From contig JADJVC010000001.1 of assembly GCA_016710685.1 (NCBI GenBank), positions 72,948 to 136,947 on the forward strand: a stretch of DNA of 64,000 nt, written 5' to 3'. Positions within the stretch are counted from its first letter, which is position 1; each line of letters starts with the position of its first letter. This document shows positions 29,431 through 40,663 of this stretch, piece by piece. The notes under the pieces were generated by a model, which worked only from the letters and a program-made list of their open reading frames with translations, made no database searches and was not told the DNA's origin. This DNA is from Flavobacteriales bacterium (lineage in GTDB: Bacteria > Bacteroidota > Bacteroidia > Flavobacteriales_F > PHOS-HE28). The position numbers and the translations under genes are program-made.

Positions 29431-29507
29431 GTTCGGTCGTTCTTTGTTCACCTGCCAAGCTGGCCGATTAGGTATCACGGCCCGAAGTTCGCGTATCCGC
29501 ACCGAAA

Positions 29508-30269
29508 ATGCACCGAATTGAATCGCTCCCCGTCGACCATGACCGGCGAAGGCTGCTAACGGCCCTGCTTCCGCCCGCCATGGCGGTGGCGCTGATGTGG
29601 ATCGTGCTGGGATTCGACCTCGTGTACCATCTCGGTCTTTCCCGGTTCGGCATTCTGCCGCGCACGTTGGAGGGCTTGCGCGGCATCCTATTCGCACCGT
29701 TCCTGCACGGCGGCGTGGACCATTTGCTCAGCAATAGCATGCCTTTGCTTGTGTTGGGCTGGTTTACCGTGTACTTCTATCCGAAGGCCAGCGGCAAGGT
29801 GGTCCTTGTGAGCTGGTTGGCCACCGGGCTTTGGGTGTGGGTGTTTGGCCGCGACAGCCACCACATCGGTGCCAGCGGCGTGGTGTACGCCTTGGCAGGC
29901 TTCGTGTTTTTCAGCGGCTTGTTCCGCAGGCGCATCGCTTTGATGGCCGTTTCGTTGATCGTTGTATTCCTCTACGGAAGTATGTGGTGGGGCATACTGC
30001 CCATCCAGCCGGGAGTGAGTTGGGAAAGTCACCTCTTCGGCGGCATAGTGGGCAGCATCATGGCCTGGTTCTACCGGAAAGTGCCGCCGGCACACGTGCC
30101 GCCACCACGCGTATATGACGACGAGGAAGAAGAGGACGGTGAAGTTGAACTAGCCGCATTCAATGATCCGGGAGACGAGCAACCTCTAACACCGGACCTG
30201 GGCCCTCAGGAGCGACCTGATCCCATGTATGATCCTTCGCGGACGAGCAGCACTTATCCTTGGGAGTGA
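29508..30269 (+). CDS. rhomboid family intramembrane serine protease
   Basis: GASGVVYAL (Ser) and HLFGGIVG (His) motifs in transmembrane segments. Confidence 0.75.
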   Translation: MHRIESLPVDHDRRRLLTALLPPAMAVALMWIVLGFDLVYHLGLSRFGILPRTLEGLRGILFAPFLHGGVDHLLSNSMPLLVLGWFTVYFYPKASGKVVLVSWLATGLWVWVFGRDSHHIGASGVVYALAGFVFFSGLFRRRIALMAVSLIVVFLYGSMWWGILPIQPGVSWESHLFGGIVGSIMAWFYRKVPPAHVPPPRVYDDEEEEDGEVELAAFNDPGDEQPLTPDLGPQERPDPMYDPSRTSSTYPWE

Positions 30270-30405
30270 GCAGGAAATTGCGGTTGGCGGTAGTAGGATG
30301 TCGGCAGTAATAGCACTGACCGGTGCATCGGTGCTCGATACTTCTTACTCACAACTGCGAACGAGAATCACTTACCGGATCAATGTTTAACATTAAATAT
30401 CTATT

Positions 30406-33400
30406 TTGGCATTGAATTGGTCAACAAATACCCGACAGCAGATGCAACTCCATAACCCCCTGAAGCGTTTCGCATTTTGTCTATTGCTCATTGCCCCGCT
30501 GCATGGACTCTTCGCCCAAGGCTGTACCAACAGCATTAAAAACCCCAATGGCTTTACCACGCCGGACACGTTGGGAAACGTGAAGGTCATCTCGAACTGC
30601 TCCTACACGAACGAGTATTCCGCAGTGGGGCCGAGTATTGCCGGACGGAGCTATAGATTCACGCTGAGCGGAAGCAGCGCGTACATTACCGTGCATGAGG
30701 GCACATCAGACGGGCCCATTATCGCGTATGGCCCTTCTCCAGTCACAGCGACGGCCACAGTGTCGGACTTTCTGTTCGCTCATTGGACATGGGATTCAGA
30801 ATGCACCTTTGTAGTGGGTTGCAAAACCTCCAAGGTAAAATTGCTGCTGGACTGCACCCCGCCGGCGGCCACGGTAACTGTAGAGGACAGTTGCAGCATC
30901 AACGCATTCTTTCTTAGTGTGAACATTTCGGACTACGGCGATGGCACCGGCTCGGATATCATACATACCGTGGACAACGGAACACCGGACACCCTGTTTG
31001 CCGCGCCGCTCGGCGTTTCTTTAATTGGTCCTTTCCCCCTGGGCAATCGGTGGATGTTACCGTAACGCACAGCAGCAACCCCTTGTGCAATGCCCAATTC
31101 AACGAAAACCACTCGAACGAGTGCCCCGAGCCCATCAGTTGCGGCGAGCCAACGCTAGTGGACAGCTATTGCTTCGGCCTCCATGACTACCATGAATGGC
31201 GTTGGCAGAACACCGACCCCGGCGGCACCGTGGCCTTGTTGTTCAATTCCGGCACGCTCTACGCGCCTGGATCCACCCAGCTTACCATTTATGACGGGAA
31301 CGACAATACCGGAGCGATCTTGTTCCAAAACCAAGTAGCAATGGACCTGTCCGACACGCTAATTCAAACCACGGGTCCGAACATGTACATGGAGTTGGAC
31401 GCGTTGCCCAACTATTTCGGCAGCTGTCAAGATGGTCTTTATGTCCCGTGGAACTGGACCGTGGGCTGCCTTGATTGTATTCCTGCAACTGCGAAGTATG
31501 AAGTGGTCACCGACTGTAACGCACAGACGTTCCAAGTGGACGTGCACCTCACCGACTTGGGAAGCCAGGCCCTGGTGCAATTGACCAATGATGCCGGTGC
31601 GCCCATGTTAACGGCCACCACACCGGGCACCTACACGGTGGGGCCGTTCCCGAATGACGCACCAGTAATTATTTCCATTCCGAACAACATCAATAGCCTG
31701 TGCAGCACGCATTCACCGGTGCTCACCAATCCGCTTTGCCCCACCTATATTCCGTGCGGTGCTCCCCCGGTGGACATGGCCTATTGCTACCACAACTTCG
31801 ACGAGCACTCCTGGCATTGGCAGTCCAGCGACGAAATGAGTTCCTTATCCATCGCCTTTTCGGCAGGCACGATTCAAAGTGCGATATGGGACAGCTTGTT
31901 CATTTATAACGCTGCGGATGATTCGGATCCGAGTACGCTGCTGTACATGCACACCATGATAAGCCAAGAGGATCTGGCCGGCTTACAATTTACTGCCGGT
32001 AGTGGCCATATGTTCATGAAGGTCATCTCTGATTGGATCGGTAGCTGTGACCAAGGAAGTGAGACCGAATGGGCCTGGCAGGTCGCCTGCTTGGATTGCA
32101 TCCAACCGCAGGCTGACTTCACGGTAAACACCGATTGCGACGCACAGCAGTTTACCGTGGACGTGCATGTGGGCGTGCTGGGTACCGACAGCACGTTGGA
32201 CATCACCAACGATTATGATCCACTAATGGTCACCACGGCCACGGACACCGGCGTATACACCATCGGGCCATTCCCGATCACCACTGAGGTTGTATTCACG
32301 TTGGTGAATGATTTCAACAGCCTTTGCAACTTGGTTTCCGATGTGGTCACCAATCCGCTTTGCCCCAGTTTTATCAATTGTGGCGAGCCAGCACTCAACC
32401 TGAGCTACTGCTATGGCAACTATGATCTCCATACTTGGCATTGGCAGAACACCATTCCCACCGGTTCCCTTACGGTGAACTTTCTTTCAGGAACAATAGG
32501 CGCACCAGGTACTTTCGGTGATAATCTGAAAATTTACGATGGGGTTGACAACACCGCACCGTTACTGGCCCAAAACTCGTCCCCACTGAACCTCGCCGGG
32601 GTTACAGTTCAATCCACCGGCCCGGACATGTACATGGAGTTGAATTCCTTGAACAGTCAAGTCCTGAGTTGCGCCGATGGACAAAATGCCCCATGGGATT
32701 GGACCGTGGGCTGTAATGATTGTGCGCCGGCCACGGCAACTTTTGCCGTATTGCTGGAATGCGATTCCAACAGGTACTATGTGGATGTCGACATCACAGC
32801 AATGGGTAGTGCTCCGGTACTCGAGATCATCAACGACAATGGCGCGCCACCTGTCAACGCCAACAGCACCGGTACCTATTCCGTGGGGCCGTTCGACAAT
32901 GGCACCAATACCGTGGTGACTGTACAGAATAATTTGAACCACGTGTGCAATTTGCTGTCGGCAGTGCTAACGGACGCGCTCTGCCCGGACACCTTGGAAT
33001 GTGAAGATGCTCCGGTTACAGAGACCTACTGCTATACAAACCACGACGATCACACATGGCATTGGTATTGCGCGTGCGGCAATAACCTGCTATTGGATTT
33101 TTCCGCAGGAACCATCGAGAGCTACTCATACGATCCTTTTTGGATTTACGATGGGCCGGACAATAACGCGCCAGTATTGTATCACAACTTCGGCGGTACG
33201 GACGATATTGACCTGTCCACCTTGTCGTTCCTATCCACGGGAAGCGACCTATACATGGAAATGTCATCCGATTATGTCGCGAGCTGCGAAGACGGACTAC
33301 AGGATGAATGGGTATGGACGGTGGGCTGCGATGGTACCACCGTGGTCAATGAAGGTGGAGCAGTGGATTTCGTGATGTACCCCAACCCGGCAACAAACGA

Positions 33401-33611
33401 ACTCTACTTACGCCTACCCGGCGATACAAATGGAACTACGGAGATCAAGATCCTGGATGCGGCTGGCCGGATAGTCCTTCTGGACAAATTCACTGCCAAA
33501 GGAGCGAACCTGAACACCTTCGACTTACATGGCTTGCAAAATGGGACCTACAGTGTGATAGTAACCGCCTCGAACTGGGTGAAAGCCCAGCGTTTGCAGG
33601 TAATCCATTGA
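30406..33611 (+). CDS. large Cys-rich tandem-repeat surface protein with T9SS C-terminal sorting domain (frameshifted at ~31036)
   Basis: Signal peptide; 5 repeats of ~210 aa (CGEP..YCY..H.W.WQ ... SC.DG..W.WTVGC.DC ... TDC.AQ.F.VDVH ... GPFP ... NSLCN...TNPLCP); Por CTD at the end. ORFs 30406..31065 and 31050..33611 join if the ccccc run at 31034-31038 gains 1 base. Confidence 0.7.
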
Positions 33612-33822
33612 GTGGCGGACGAACCGTCCGTTCGACCACTCCGAAGCAGCGTCAAATTGGAATGCTGCTGAAAATATAGTGTAGCAGTCGGTAGCAGCAG
33701 TTGTAAGCAGTATCGGGAGTTTCCGGTACCCGATACCCTGTACCAGAATCACCAATCAACAATCCGCATTTCTCCGCGCCTCTGCGCCTCAGCGTCAAAA
33801 AAAACTCAGCGCCTCTTTGGCT

Positions 33823-36744
33823 TCACTCGCACTCGATCAAAACCTCATCCGTGAAAATGAACGAAGCATCACCCTTTCCAGGATGCCACGCCGGACAAGG
33901 CCCCGGATTCTTAGCGATCACCTTGATGTAACGGGCGTGCTTGTCGAGCAATTCCGTCATCATCTCCATCCTTTGGGAGCCGCCGGAATCACGGGGCACG
34001 GTGTTTTCAACCGTTGCGCTGCTCCATGTGCGGCCGTTGGTACTCCACGCGAACTGCACGCTTTCCGGGTACCAGATCCACGACCAAGCATCCTGCAGCA
34101 CGCTAAGGCCTAAGCGCTTGATCACCTTCACGCTGCCGAGGTCCATGGTGGCCACAACATCCTCGCCCAAGTAGCCCTGCCAGCCGCCGGTGCGCCAATC
34201 CTGCGCGCCGCGCACGCCATCGATCAAAGCGATCTCGCCAGCAGCTGCGTATTGAGTACTCCATTTGCTCTCCACGGTCATGGTGCGCGCCGGGTCCAGC
34301 CATGCGTAATGCGCCGTGATGACGGGACTTTTGTTGACCCCGTTCACCGTGATGGCTTTCAAGGTCGTAGTCGTGTCAATGGTGAAAGGCTCCCAGTAAA
34401 TGATGCTGTTTGGCGTAGGCTGGCTGCCATCCACCGTGTAGAAAATGCTGTCGCTGGGCCGCAAGGTGCTCAAGCTGATCGCCATCGGGCCGGTGAATCC
34501 TTCCGAAGGTGCCGTGATCACTGGAGAATTCGGGGGATACTTGCGGTCGTTGTCGCTCAATACTTGCATGGTCGGTCGCAGCATCGGGTGCACAGGCCGG
34601 TCGCTCGGGCGCCATTCGCTGGTGAGGTCCAACTTCAAGTCCATCCCTTTCATCAAGGTGGAATAGGAGATTTCCTCTATCAGCCCTTTTAATTCGTTCA
34701 GTTCGGTGGAGCCGATATACCGCGCGCCGTCCTGGCCGCCGAAGCACCGCACATTCACCTCGTTCCCGTTGGACAAGTGGATGCGGTACGCGTGGAACAA
34801 TGGCGCGTGCAGCTCGAAGCGCGGGTCGCCGGGCGCGATCTGGTAAAGGCCCAGTGCGCCTATCACGTACCAAGCGCTCATTTGGCCGCAATCCTCGTTG
34901 CCGCTCAGCCCGTCGGGGTCGTCGTGGTAGAGTTCGTTCAGGATGCGGTCAACCATCCGCTGCGCCTTGTCCGGCCGGCCCACCTGGTCGTACATCCAGG
35001 CCATGGCGTGGCTGGGTTCGTTACCGTGCGCGTATTGTCCGATCAAGCCCGTGATGTCGCTCTGGTCGCGGCCATGCGTTTGGTCTTTCGCGCTGAAGAG
35101 TTCGTCCAAACGCTGTTCAACACCGCCTTTGCCCGCATTTTTCAAAGCACGGTCCAAGCCTGCCACGTCCTGTGGAACGAAAGTGCTGTACTGCCAAGCA
35201 TTGGCTTCGGTGTAATCGAAGTTCACCTCGAAGGGATCGAACGGGCCTTTGAAACCGCCGTTATAGCGGGCTTGGAAAAAGCCCGATGCCGGATTGAAAA
35301 CGTTGCGCCAATTGCTGGCACGATCGAAGAACACGGTGGCCACGCTGTCCTTGCCCATGGCCTTCGCCATCTTCGCGATGCACCAGTCGTCATAGGCGTA
35401 TTCCAGCGTGCGGCTCACGCTTTCGCTCTGGTCTTCGCTGCTGATGTAGCCCTTTGCGCGCAAGGCGTTCAGGCCGGGTTCATCGCGGTCCGCGCTCGCC
35501 GTCATGGCCTTCAGCGCCAGCTCCGCATCGAAGCCGCGAATGCCTTTCAAATATGCGTCGGCGATCACGCTCACACTGTGGTAGCCGATCATGCAATCCG
35601 TTTCATTCCCCCAGAGCTCCCACACCGGCAAACGGCCCGTCTGCGTATAGATATCGAGGAAGGTTTTGATGAAGTCCACCGTGCGGTCCGGTTCCAGAAT
35701 GGTGAACAGCGGATGCTCGGCGCGGAAGGTGTCCCACAGGCTGAAAACGGTGTAAACATCGTGGTCCGCCGTATGCACTTTGCCGTCGTTGCCACGGTAT
35801 TTGCGGTCCACGTCATTGAAGAGGTAGGGGACGAGCAAGCTGTGGTAGAGCGCCGTGTAGAAAATGCGTTGTTGCTCGCGCGTGCCACCTTGCACTTCAA
35901 TGCGGCCCAGTTCCTTGTTCCATGCGGCTTCGGCGTTTTTTTTCACGGCATCAAAATCCCACCCACTTATTTCCGCTTCCAAATTCTTGCGCGCACCTTC
36001 TACGCTCACCGCGCTGATGCCCACTTTCACCAGTGTTTCCTTGCCATTGCCCAATTGAAGAATGGCCTTGGTGCTGTCGGAATGGTCCTTCAACAACGTT
36101 ACGTTTTCGCTGAACTGGATGCAGTAGAACAGCCGCTGGTCGCGGGCCCAGGAAGAACTGCTGCGCTCCCCGCAGATCTCTTGCGGACCGCTCTGCCGGA
36201 TGGAACTCCGCGTCAGCCGGTCGCGGTGCCGAAGATCCAGCACAAAGGAGCGCTCCTGCGGATTCGTGAAGCGATAACGGTGCATGCCCGCACGGGCAGT
36301 GGCCGTGAGTTCCACGTCCACATCGGGGTCGTCCAAATGCACCTTGTAGTAGCCGGCATGCGCTTCTTCGCGCCGGTGCGAAAAGTGAGAACGGTACTCC
36401 TCCGGCTTCGTGGTAAGGCCGCCGCTCAACGGCATCAGCAGCACATCGCAAAGGTCCGAAACGCCGGTGCCGCTCAAGTGCGTGTGGCTGAATCCGTAGA
36501 TCAGGCTGTCGCTGTAGTGATAGCCTCCGCAGCCGTCCCATTCCTGCGGATCGGTGCGCGTATCGGGGCTTAACTGCACCATGCCGAAGGGCACGCAAGC
36601 GCCGGGAAACGTATGCCCATGGCCGCCGGTGCCAACGAAGGGGTTCACTAGTTCGGTGGCGAAGTTCGTGGCCCATGTGGTGGTGTCCTGCGCGTGAAGG
36701 ATCGCGGGGGAGAAGAGGAGCGCGATGAGTGTCCTTTTGAACAT
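33823..36744 (-). CDS. GH92 family alpha-1,2-mannosidase with C-terminal F5/8 type C (discoidin) domain
   Basis: GH92 N-terminal and catalytic blocks (GGHGHTFPGA, GYHSVSVIADAY); C-terminal ~200 aa discoidin-like. Confidence 0.8.
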   Translation of the reverse strand: MFKRTLIALLFSPAILHAQDTTTWATNFATELVNPFVGTGGHGHTFPGACVPFGMVQLSPDTRTDPQEWDGCGGYHYSDSLIYGFSHTHLSGTGVSDLCDVLLMPLSGGLTTKPEEYRSHFSHRREEAHAGYYKVHLDDPDVDVELTATARAGMHRYRFTNPQERSFVLDLRHRDRLTRSSIRQSGPQEICGERSSSSWARDQRLFYCIQFSENVTLLKDHSDSTKAILQLGNGKETLVKVGISAVSVEGARKNLEAEISGWDFDAVKKNAEAAWNKELGRIEVQGGTREQQRIFYTALYHSLLVPYLFNDVDRKYRGNDGKVHTADHDVYTVFSLWDTFRAEHPLFTILEPDRTVDFIKTFLDIYTQTGRLPVWELWGNETDCMIGYHSVSVIADAYLKGIRGFDAELALKAMTASADRDEPGLNALRAKGYISSEDQSESVSRTLEYAYDDWCIAKMAKAMGKDSVATVFFDRASNWRNVFNPASGFFQARYNGGFKGPFDPFEVNFDYTEANAWQYSTFVPQDVAGLDRALKNAGKGGVEQRLDELFSAKDQTHGRDQSDITGLIGQYAHGNEPSHAMAWMYDQVGRPDKAQRMVDRILNELYHDDPDGLSGNEDCGQMSAWYVIGALGLYQIAPGDPRFELHAPLFHAYRIHLSNGNEVNVRCFGGQDGARYIGSTELNELKGLIEEISYSTLMKGMDLKLDLTSEWRPSDRPVHPMLRPTMQVLSDNDRKYPPNSPVITAPSEGFTGPMAISLSTLRPSDSIFYTVDGSQPTPNSIIYWEPFTIDTTTTLKAITVNGVNKSPVITAHYAWLDPARTMTVESKWSTQYAAAGEIALIDGVRGAQDWRTGGWQGYLGEDVVATMDLGSVKVIKRLGLSVLQDAWSWIWYPESVQFAWSTNGRTWSSATVENTVPRDSGGSQRMEMMTELLDKHARYIKVIAKNPGPCPAWHPGKGDASFIFTDEVLIECE

Positions 36745-36881
36745 TGGACGAAAATACGGGTTGGGGGTTCACCGCCAAGACGCTAAGCACGCCAAGGGAA
36801 CGCCAAGAAATGCAGCCGGTGAAATTTCAGAACGTTGCGGAGACGTTGCGTCCGTTGCGAGCGTTGCGGTTCAAATTCAAA

Positions 36882-37802
36882 TCAGATGGCGGTAAGCGCC
36901 GCAGCCCCAAGTATCGCCGAATCATCTTCCGGCAACGCCGATGTAACCAAGTCCACACGGCCGTGGTAGATGTTCAGCAGAAATTCGTTGAAGCGCTCCT
37001 GCAAGGGCACCATAAGCAAGTCACCGCTGCGCGCGATGCCACCGAAGAGCACGATGCGTTCCGGCCCCGTGATCGCCACCGCGTTTGCTAAGCCCACGCC
37101 GAGCCAACGTGCTGCATGGCGGAAGGTCTGAAGTGCAGCCGTGTCGCCTTTTTCCGCGGCGCGTGCAATGCAAAGCACACCTTCCTCCTTCAATACATCG
37201 GGATCTCCATCAAGCTCCTTGTACGTTTCCCGAAGCCCGCGAATGCTCACATACGCTTCCAAGCACCCTTTTCTTCCGCAGGTGCAATCGCGTCCGTCCA
37301 TCACGATGGTGGTGTGCCCGAGCTCGCCGGCATTGCCGCTGCTGCCCAGCATCAATTTGCTGTCCACGATGAAGCCGCTTCCAATGCCCGTACCCAGCGT
37401 TACCACAAGCAGGTCGGTCATGCCCTTGCCCGCACCATAGCACCATTCACCCAATGCTGCCGCATTTGCGTCGTTGCCTAACACACTGCGGATGCCGGTG
37501 CGTTCTTCAACCATACGCGCCAAGGGCACATCGTTCTTCCAAGGCAGGTTCGGTGCCTTTTCGATGATGCCGCTGAGCTGGTTGGCGTTGGGCGCACCGA
37601 TGCCGATGCCTTGCAACTGGTTATTGGTGGAAGGTGACTGGTGATTGGAACTGAGCCGCAGCGCTTCATTGGCCAGCGCATCCGCGAATGCGAATTCATC
37701 CGCGTGGCCCGTGGTGGGGATGCGCGTAGTGGCCGTCACTTTACCGTTCTCCACTAGGCCGATCTTGGTGGTGGTACCGCCGATGTCTATTCCGATGCGC
37801 AT
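36882..37802 (-). CDS. ROK family sugar kinase (glucokinase/mannokinase-like)
   Basis: IGIDIGGT at the N-terminus; Zn motif CTCGRKGC. Confidence 0.8.
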   Translation of the reverse strand: MRIGIDIGGTTTKIGLVENGKVTATTRIPTTGHADEFAFADALANEALRLSSNHQSPSTNNQLQGIGIGAPNANQLSGIIEKAPNLPWKNDVPLARMVEERTGIRSVLGNDANAAALGEWCYGAGKGMTDLLVVTLGTGIGSGFIVDSKLMLGSSGNAGELGHTTIVMDGRDCTCGRKGCLEAYVSIRGLRETYKELDGDPDVLKEEGVLCIARAAEKGDTAALQTFRHAARWLGVGLANAVAITGPERIVLFGGIARSGDLLMVPLQERFNEFLLNIYHGRVDLVTSALPEDDSAILGAAALTAI

Positions 37803-37957
37803 GGGTGAAGGTGGTGAACCGCAAATTGTTCTACCACTAAGGACGCGAAGAACGCTAAGAAAGAGTTAACCGCAGAGGGCGCGGAGAGCGCGGAGAAAAC
37901 AACAAGAAAATCGAGTGTGCCCAGCATTATCATCAATAATCATAACAATCATCAGTA

Positions 37958-39367
37958 TCAGCGTTCCATACCCAACGCCTTTCTACTTCCCGCAAAGCCG
38001 AACCAAGCCAAGTACACATAGCACAGCAGCGGCAACACAAAACTGATGTGCATCGCCGCGTCGCCCATGCTTTGCGACTGCAGGCCATCGATCAACAAGC
38101 CTTGGGCCAACGGGATCAATGCGCCGCCCAAGATCATCATTACCAACAGTGAGCTGCCTTGGCCGGTATCGCCTTTCAAGCCATCTATCGACAACGTGAA
38201 AATGTTGCTCCACAAAATGGAATTGAACAAGCCGATGGCCAAGATCGCCCATAGCGCCACCGCACCGCCCGTGGACATGGTGATGAGCAACAGCGCACCC
38301 GCTGCACAAGCAAAAATGCCGGTAACTCTGCCCGGCTTTCGCCCAGCGAAAATGAAGACGGCCATGTTCGCCGCGATCAAGACCGCCAATGGCCATAGGT
38401 GCTGTAAATTCAGTCCACCGCTTAGCCGGTTCACCAACCAAAGCAACGCGAACATCGCCGCGCCAACCAAGGCCAACATGCCATAACGCTGGATGCCGCT
38501 GAACCGGTCGCTTAGCGCCACCGCACCCAGGAAGCGGCCACACATGGCGCCGCCCCAATACAAGCTCAGGTAGTTTTTCGCGTCGCTGTGCGAAAGGCCA
38601 AGCACGCCTTTCATGCCTAAGAAGCCGATGATGAGGCTGCCGATGGCCACTTCAGCGCCCACGTAGCAAAAAATCGCGCCCATGCCATTGCGCAATTGGC
38701 GGTGCCGCAAAGCGTTCTGGCGGGCTTCCGTTGCTGCATGCGGCGGTTCGGGAAGCGCCGTGAAGTACACCCACACCGCCTGAAACACCAGCAATAAAGC
38801 GAAGAACGCATAGGGCCACCGCACCGCCGCATCGCCTTTGAACAGGTCGAAGATGAGCGTGCCTCCGATCAAAGGTGCCAGCGTGGTGCCCAGTGAATTG
38901 AAGCCCTGAGCGAGGTTCAGGCGACTACTGGCACCTTCGGCCGTGCCGATGATGGCGACAAATGGGTTGGCGGCGATCTGCAACAGCGTAAAGCCCAAGC
39001 CCAGCACGAAAAGCGCGGCGAGATAGAGCCCGTAAATGTGGACATATGTGGCCGGGACGAAGAGCGCACTGCCAACGGCACTCAACAGCAGGCCCGAGAT
39101 AAGTGCCCGTTTGTAGCCGATCTGCTGGATGGGGTCGCCATTCCTGCTGGAGTAAAGATAGTAGCCGAGCGAACCCAGGAAATACGCGCCGAAAAAGCAG
39201 AACTGCACCAGCATGCTCTGCCACCAGCCCAAGGTGAATACCGCCTTCAGGTGCGGTATCAGTATGTCGTTCATCACCGTCATGAACCCCCACATGAAGA
39301 AGAGCGTGGTGAGCACCGCCATGGGTTTGGCGATGGAGGGGGAGGGCGAACTGTTATGGTAAGACAT
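37958..39367 (-). CDS. MFS sugar:H+ symporter (FucP / glucose-galactose transporter family)
   Basis: 12-transmembrane-helix MFS with FucP-like N-terminus. Confidence 0.75.
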   Translation of the reverse strand: MSYHNSSPSPSIAKPMAVLTTLFFMWGFMTVMNDILIPHLKAVFTLGWWQSMLVQFCFFGAYFLGSLGYYLYSSRNGDPIQQIGYKRALISGLLLSAVGSALFVPATYVHIYGLYLAALFVLGLGFTLLQIAANPFVAIIGTAEGASSRLNLAQGFNSLGTTLAPLIGGTLIFDLFKGDAAVRWPYAFFALLLVFQAVWVYFTALPEPPHAATEARQNALRHRQLRNGMGAIFCYVGAEVAIGSLIIGFLGMKGVLGLSHSDAKNYLSLYWGGAMCGRFLGAVALSDRFSGIQRYGMLALVGAAMFALLWLVNRLSGGLNLQHLWPLAVLIAANMAVFIFAGRKPGRVTGIFACAAGALLLITMSTGGAVALWAILAIGLFNSILWSNIFTLSIDGLKGDTGQGSSLLVMMILGGALIPLAQGLLIDGLQSQSMGDAAMHISFVLPLLCYVYLAWFGFAGSRKALGMER

Positions 39368-39453
39368 GTTATCGGGGGGATGGCAAGGATAGTTCGTTTG
39401 GCGATTAGAAGGTCACGTGCCTAACTTTCGGCCCAAATCCTAACCCAAACAAC

Positions 39454-40437
39454 ATGAAACACATTACACTTCTGGCCGCGATGGCCGTAACTACCGCAGC
39501 GGTCGCACAGCGCGAAGCTGCTCCGATGGGCCATTTCACTGCCCCGCACTTCCAGTTTAACGCGGACCGTACTCCCACGGACACTTTGGTGCCTGCCAGC
39601 TTTATGGATGCAGGGTCCACATTGACCGTGTACGGTGTAACCGATGGTGGTTATGTCGCTGGGACGAACGCATATGGCGATTTGGCCAAAGTGCAAAATT
39701 TCGAAACCACGGGTGCCGTCTTTGTTGAACAGATCCTGCTCGGTTTTGGCGCGAAAGACGAGAATGGCAGCCCGAACTCCTTGCTGCATGTCCGTGTATA
39801 CGGATTGGACGGTCCTGGGACCAACAGCCTTGGTGACGCGACCAATGCGCCCAGCACCATCATGGCCAACGTGGATATCCCTGTGAGTTCCTGCGACACC
39901 GCTGGCATCACCGTAGCAACCTTCAATCCCGCTGTTGCTGTCAACGGAGCCTTCGGAGCCGGTATTGACTTCACCGCTCTGGCAGCAGGTGTTGAACTTG
40001 GATTGATCACTACCACCGATGGAGACATGGGTACCGCGGACGACCAGAACTGGGAGCTGTGGAGCGATAACACTTGGTTCACGCTCACCGCAGCTTGGCC
40101 ATTGAACCTTGACATGTTAATCTGGCCAGTGATCGGTGACGGCATCGCCGGCATCAACGACAACGCCACCGTGAACAACATGCGCATGAGCTTCATCGGC
40201 AGCAACCCTGCGGACAAGAACATCACTGTTGCTTACGAAATGCTTCAGGCTGCCAATGCACGTTTGATCGTGCTCGACGGCAAAGGCGCGAAGGTGGTGG
40301 ATCAGAAATTTGGCCAAACCGCTACCGGCATGCACCAGTCCGAGTTGAACGTGAGCGAGTGGAGCAATGGCACGTACTACGTGTCCATCCTCGCCAACGG
40401 CAACCCTATCACCAAGAAATTGGTTGTGCAGCACTAA
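39454..40437 (+). CDS. hypothetical secreted protein with T9SS C-terminal sorting domain
   Basis: Signal peptide; CTD (ITVAYEMLQAANARLIVLD..GTYYVSIL). Confidence 0.6.
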   Translation: MKHITLLAAMAVTTAAVAQREAAPMGHFTAPHFQFNADRTPTDTLVPASFMDAGSTLTVYGVTDGGYVAGTNAYGDLAKVQNFETTGAVFVEQILLGFGAKDENGSPNSLLHVRVYGLDGPGTNSLGDATNAPSTIMANVDIPVSSCDTAGITVATFNPAVAVNGAFGAGIDFTALAAGVELGLITTTDGDMGTADDQNWELWSDNTWFTLTAAWPLNLDMLIWPVIGDGIAGINDNATVNNMRMSFIGSNPADKNITVAYEMLQAANARLIVLDGKGAKVVDQKFGQTATGMHQSELNVSEWSNGTYYVSILANGNPITKKLVVQH

Positions 40438-40461
40438 GCTTCACTTCTGAACTTTGGAAAA

Positions 40462-40492
40462 GGCTCCCTCGGGAGCCTTTTCTGTTTTTGGG
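40462..40492 (+). terminator. rho-independent terminator
   Basis: AGGCTCCC-TC-GGGAGCCT stem followed by a T-run. Confidence 0.6.
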
Positions 40493-40663
40493 ACAACTGC
40501 TAAGGCTTGTTTTGAACCGCAACGGCACAGGTGCGCAACGGACGGACGGATACAGACGTGCTTGACATCCTAACCGCAGGACGCGCCGGACGCTGGAGTG
40601 GTTCCGAACGTCGCGTGCGTTGCGGTAAATATTCAACAGTCCGGCAGACGGGCAACGAACGCT

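Noticed and set aside
30330-30405. Possible Bacteroidota-type promoter (TTTG-containing AT-rich stretch) upstream of the giant repeat protein
   Set aside because: The TAnnTTTG -7 consensus is not matched exactly (TATTTTGG). This is too weak to call.
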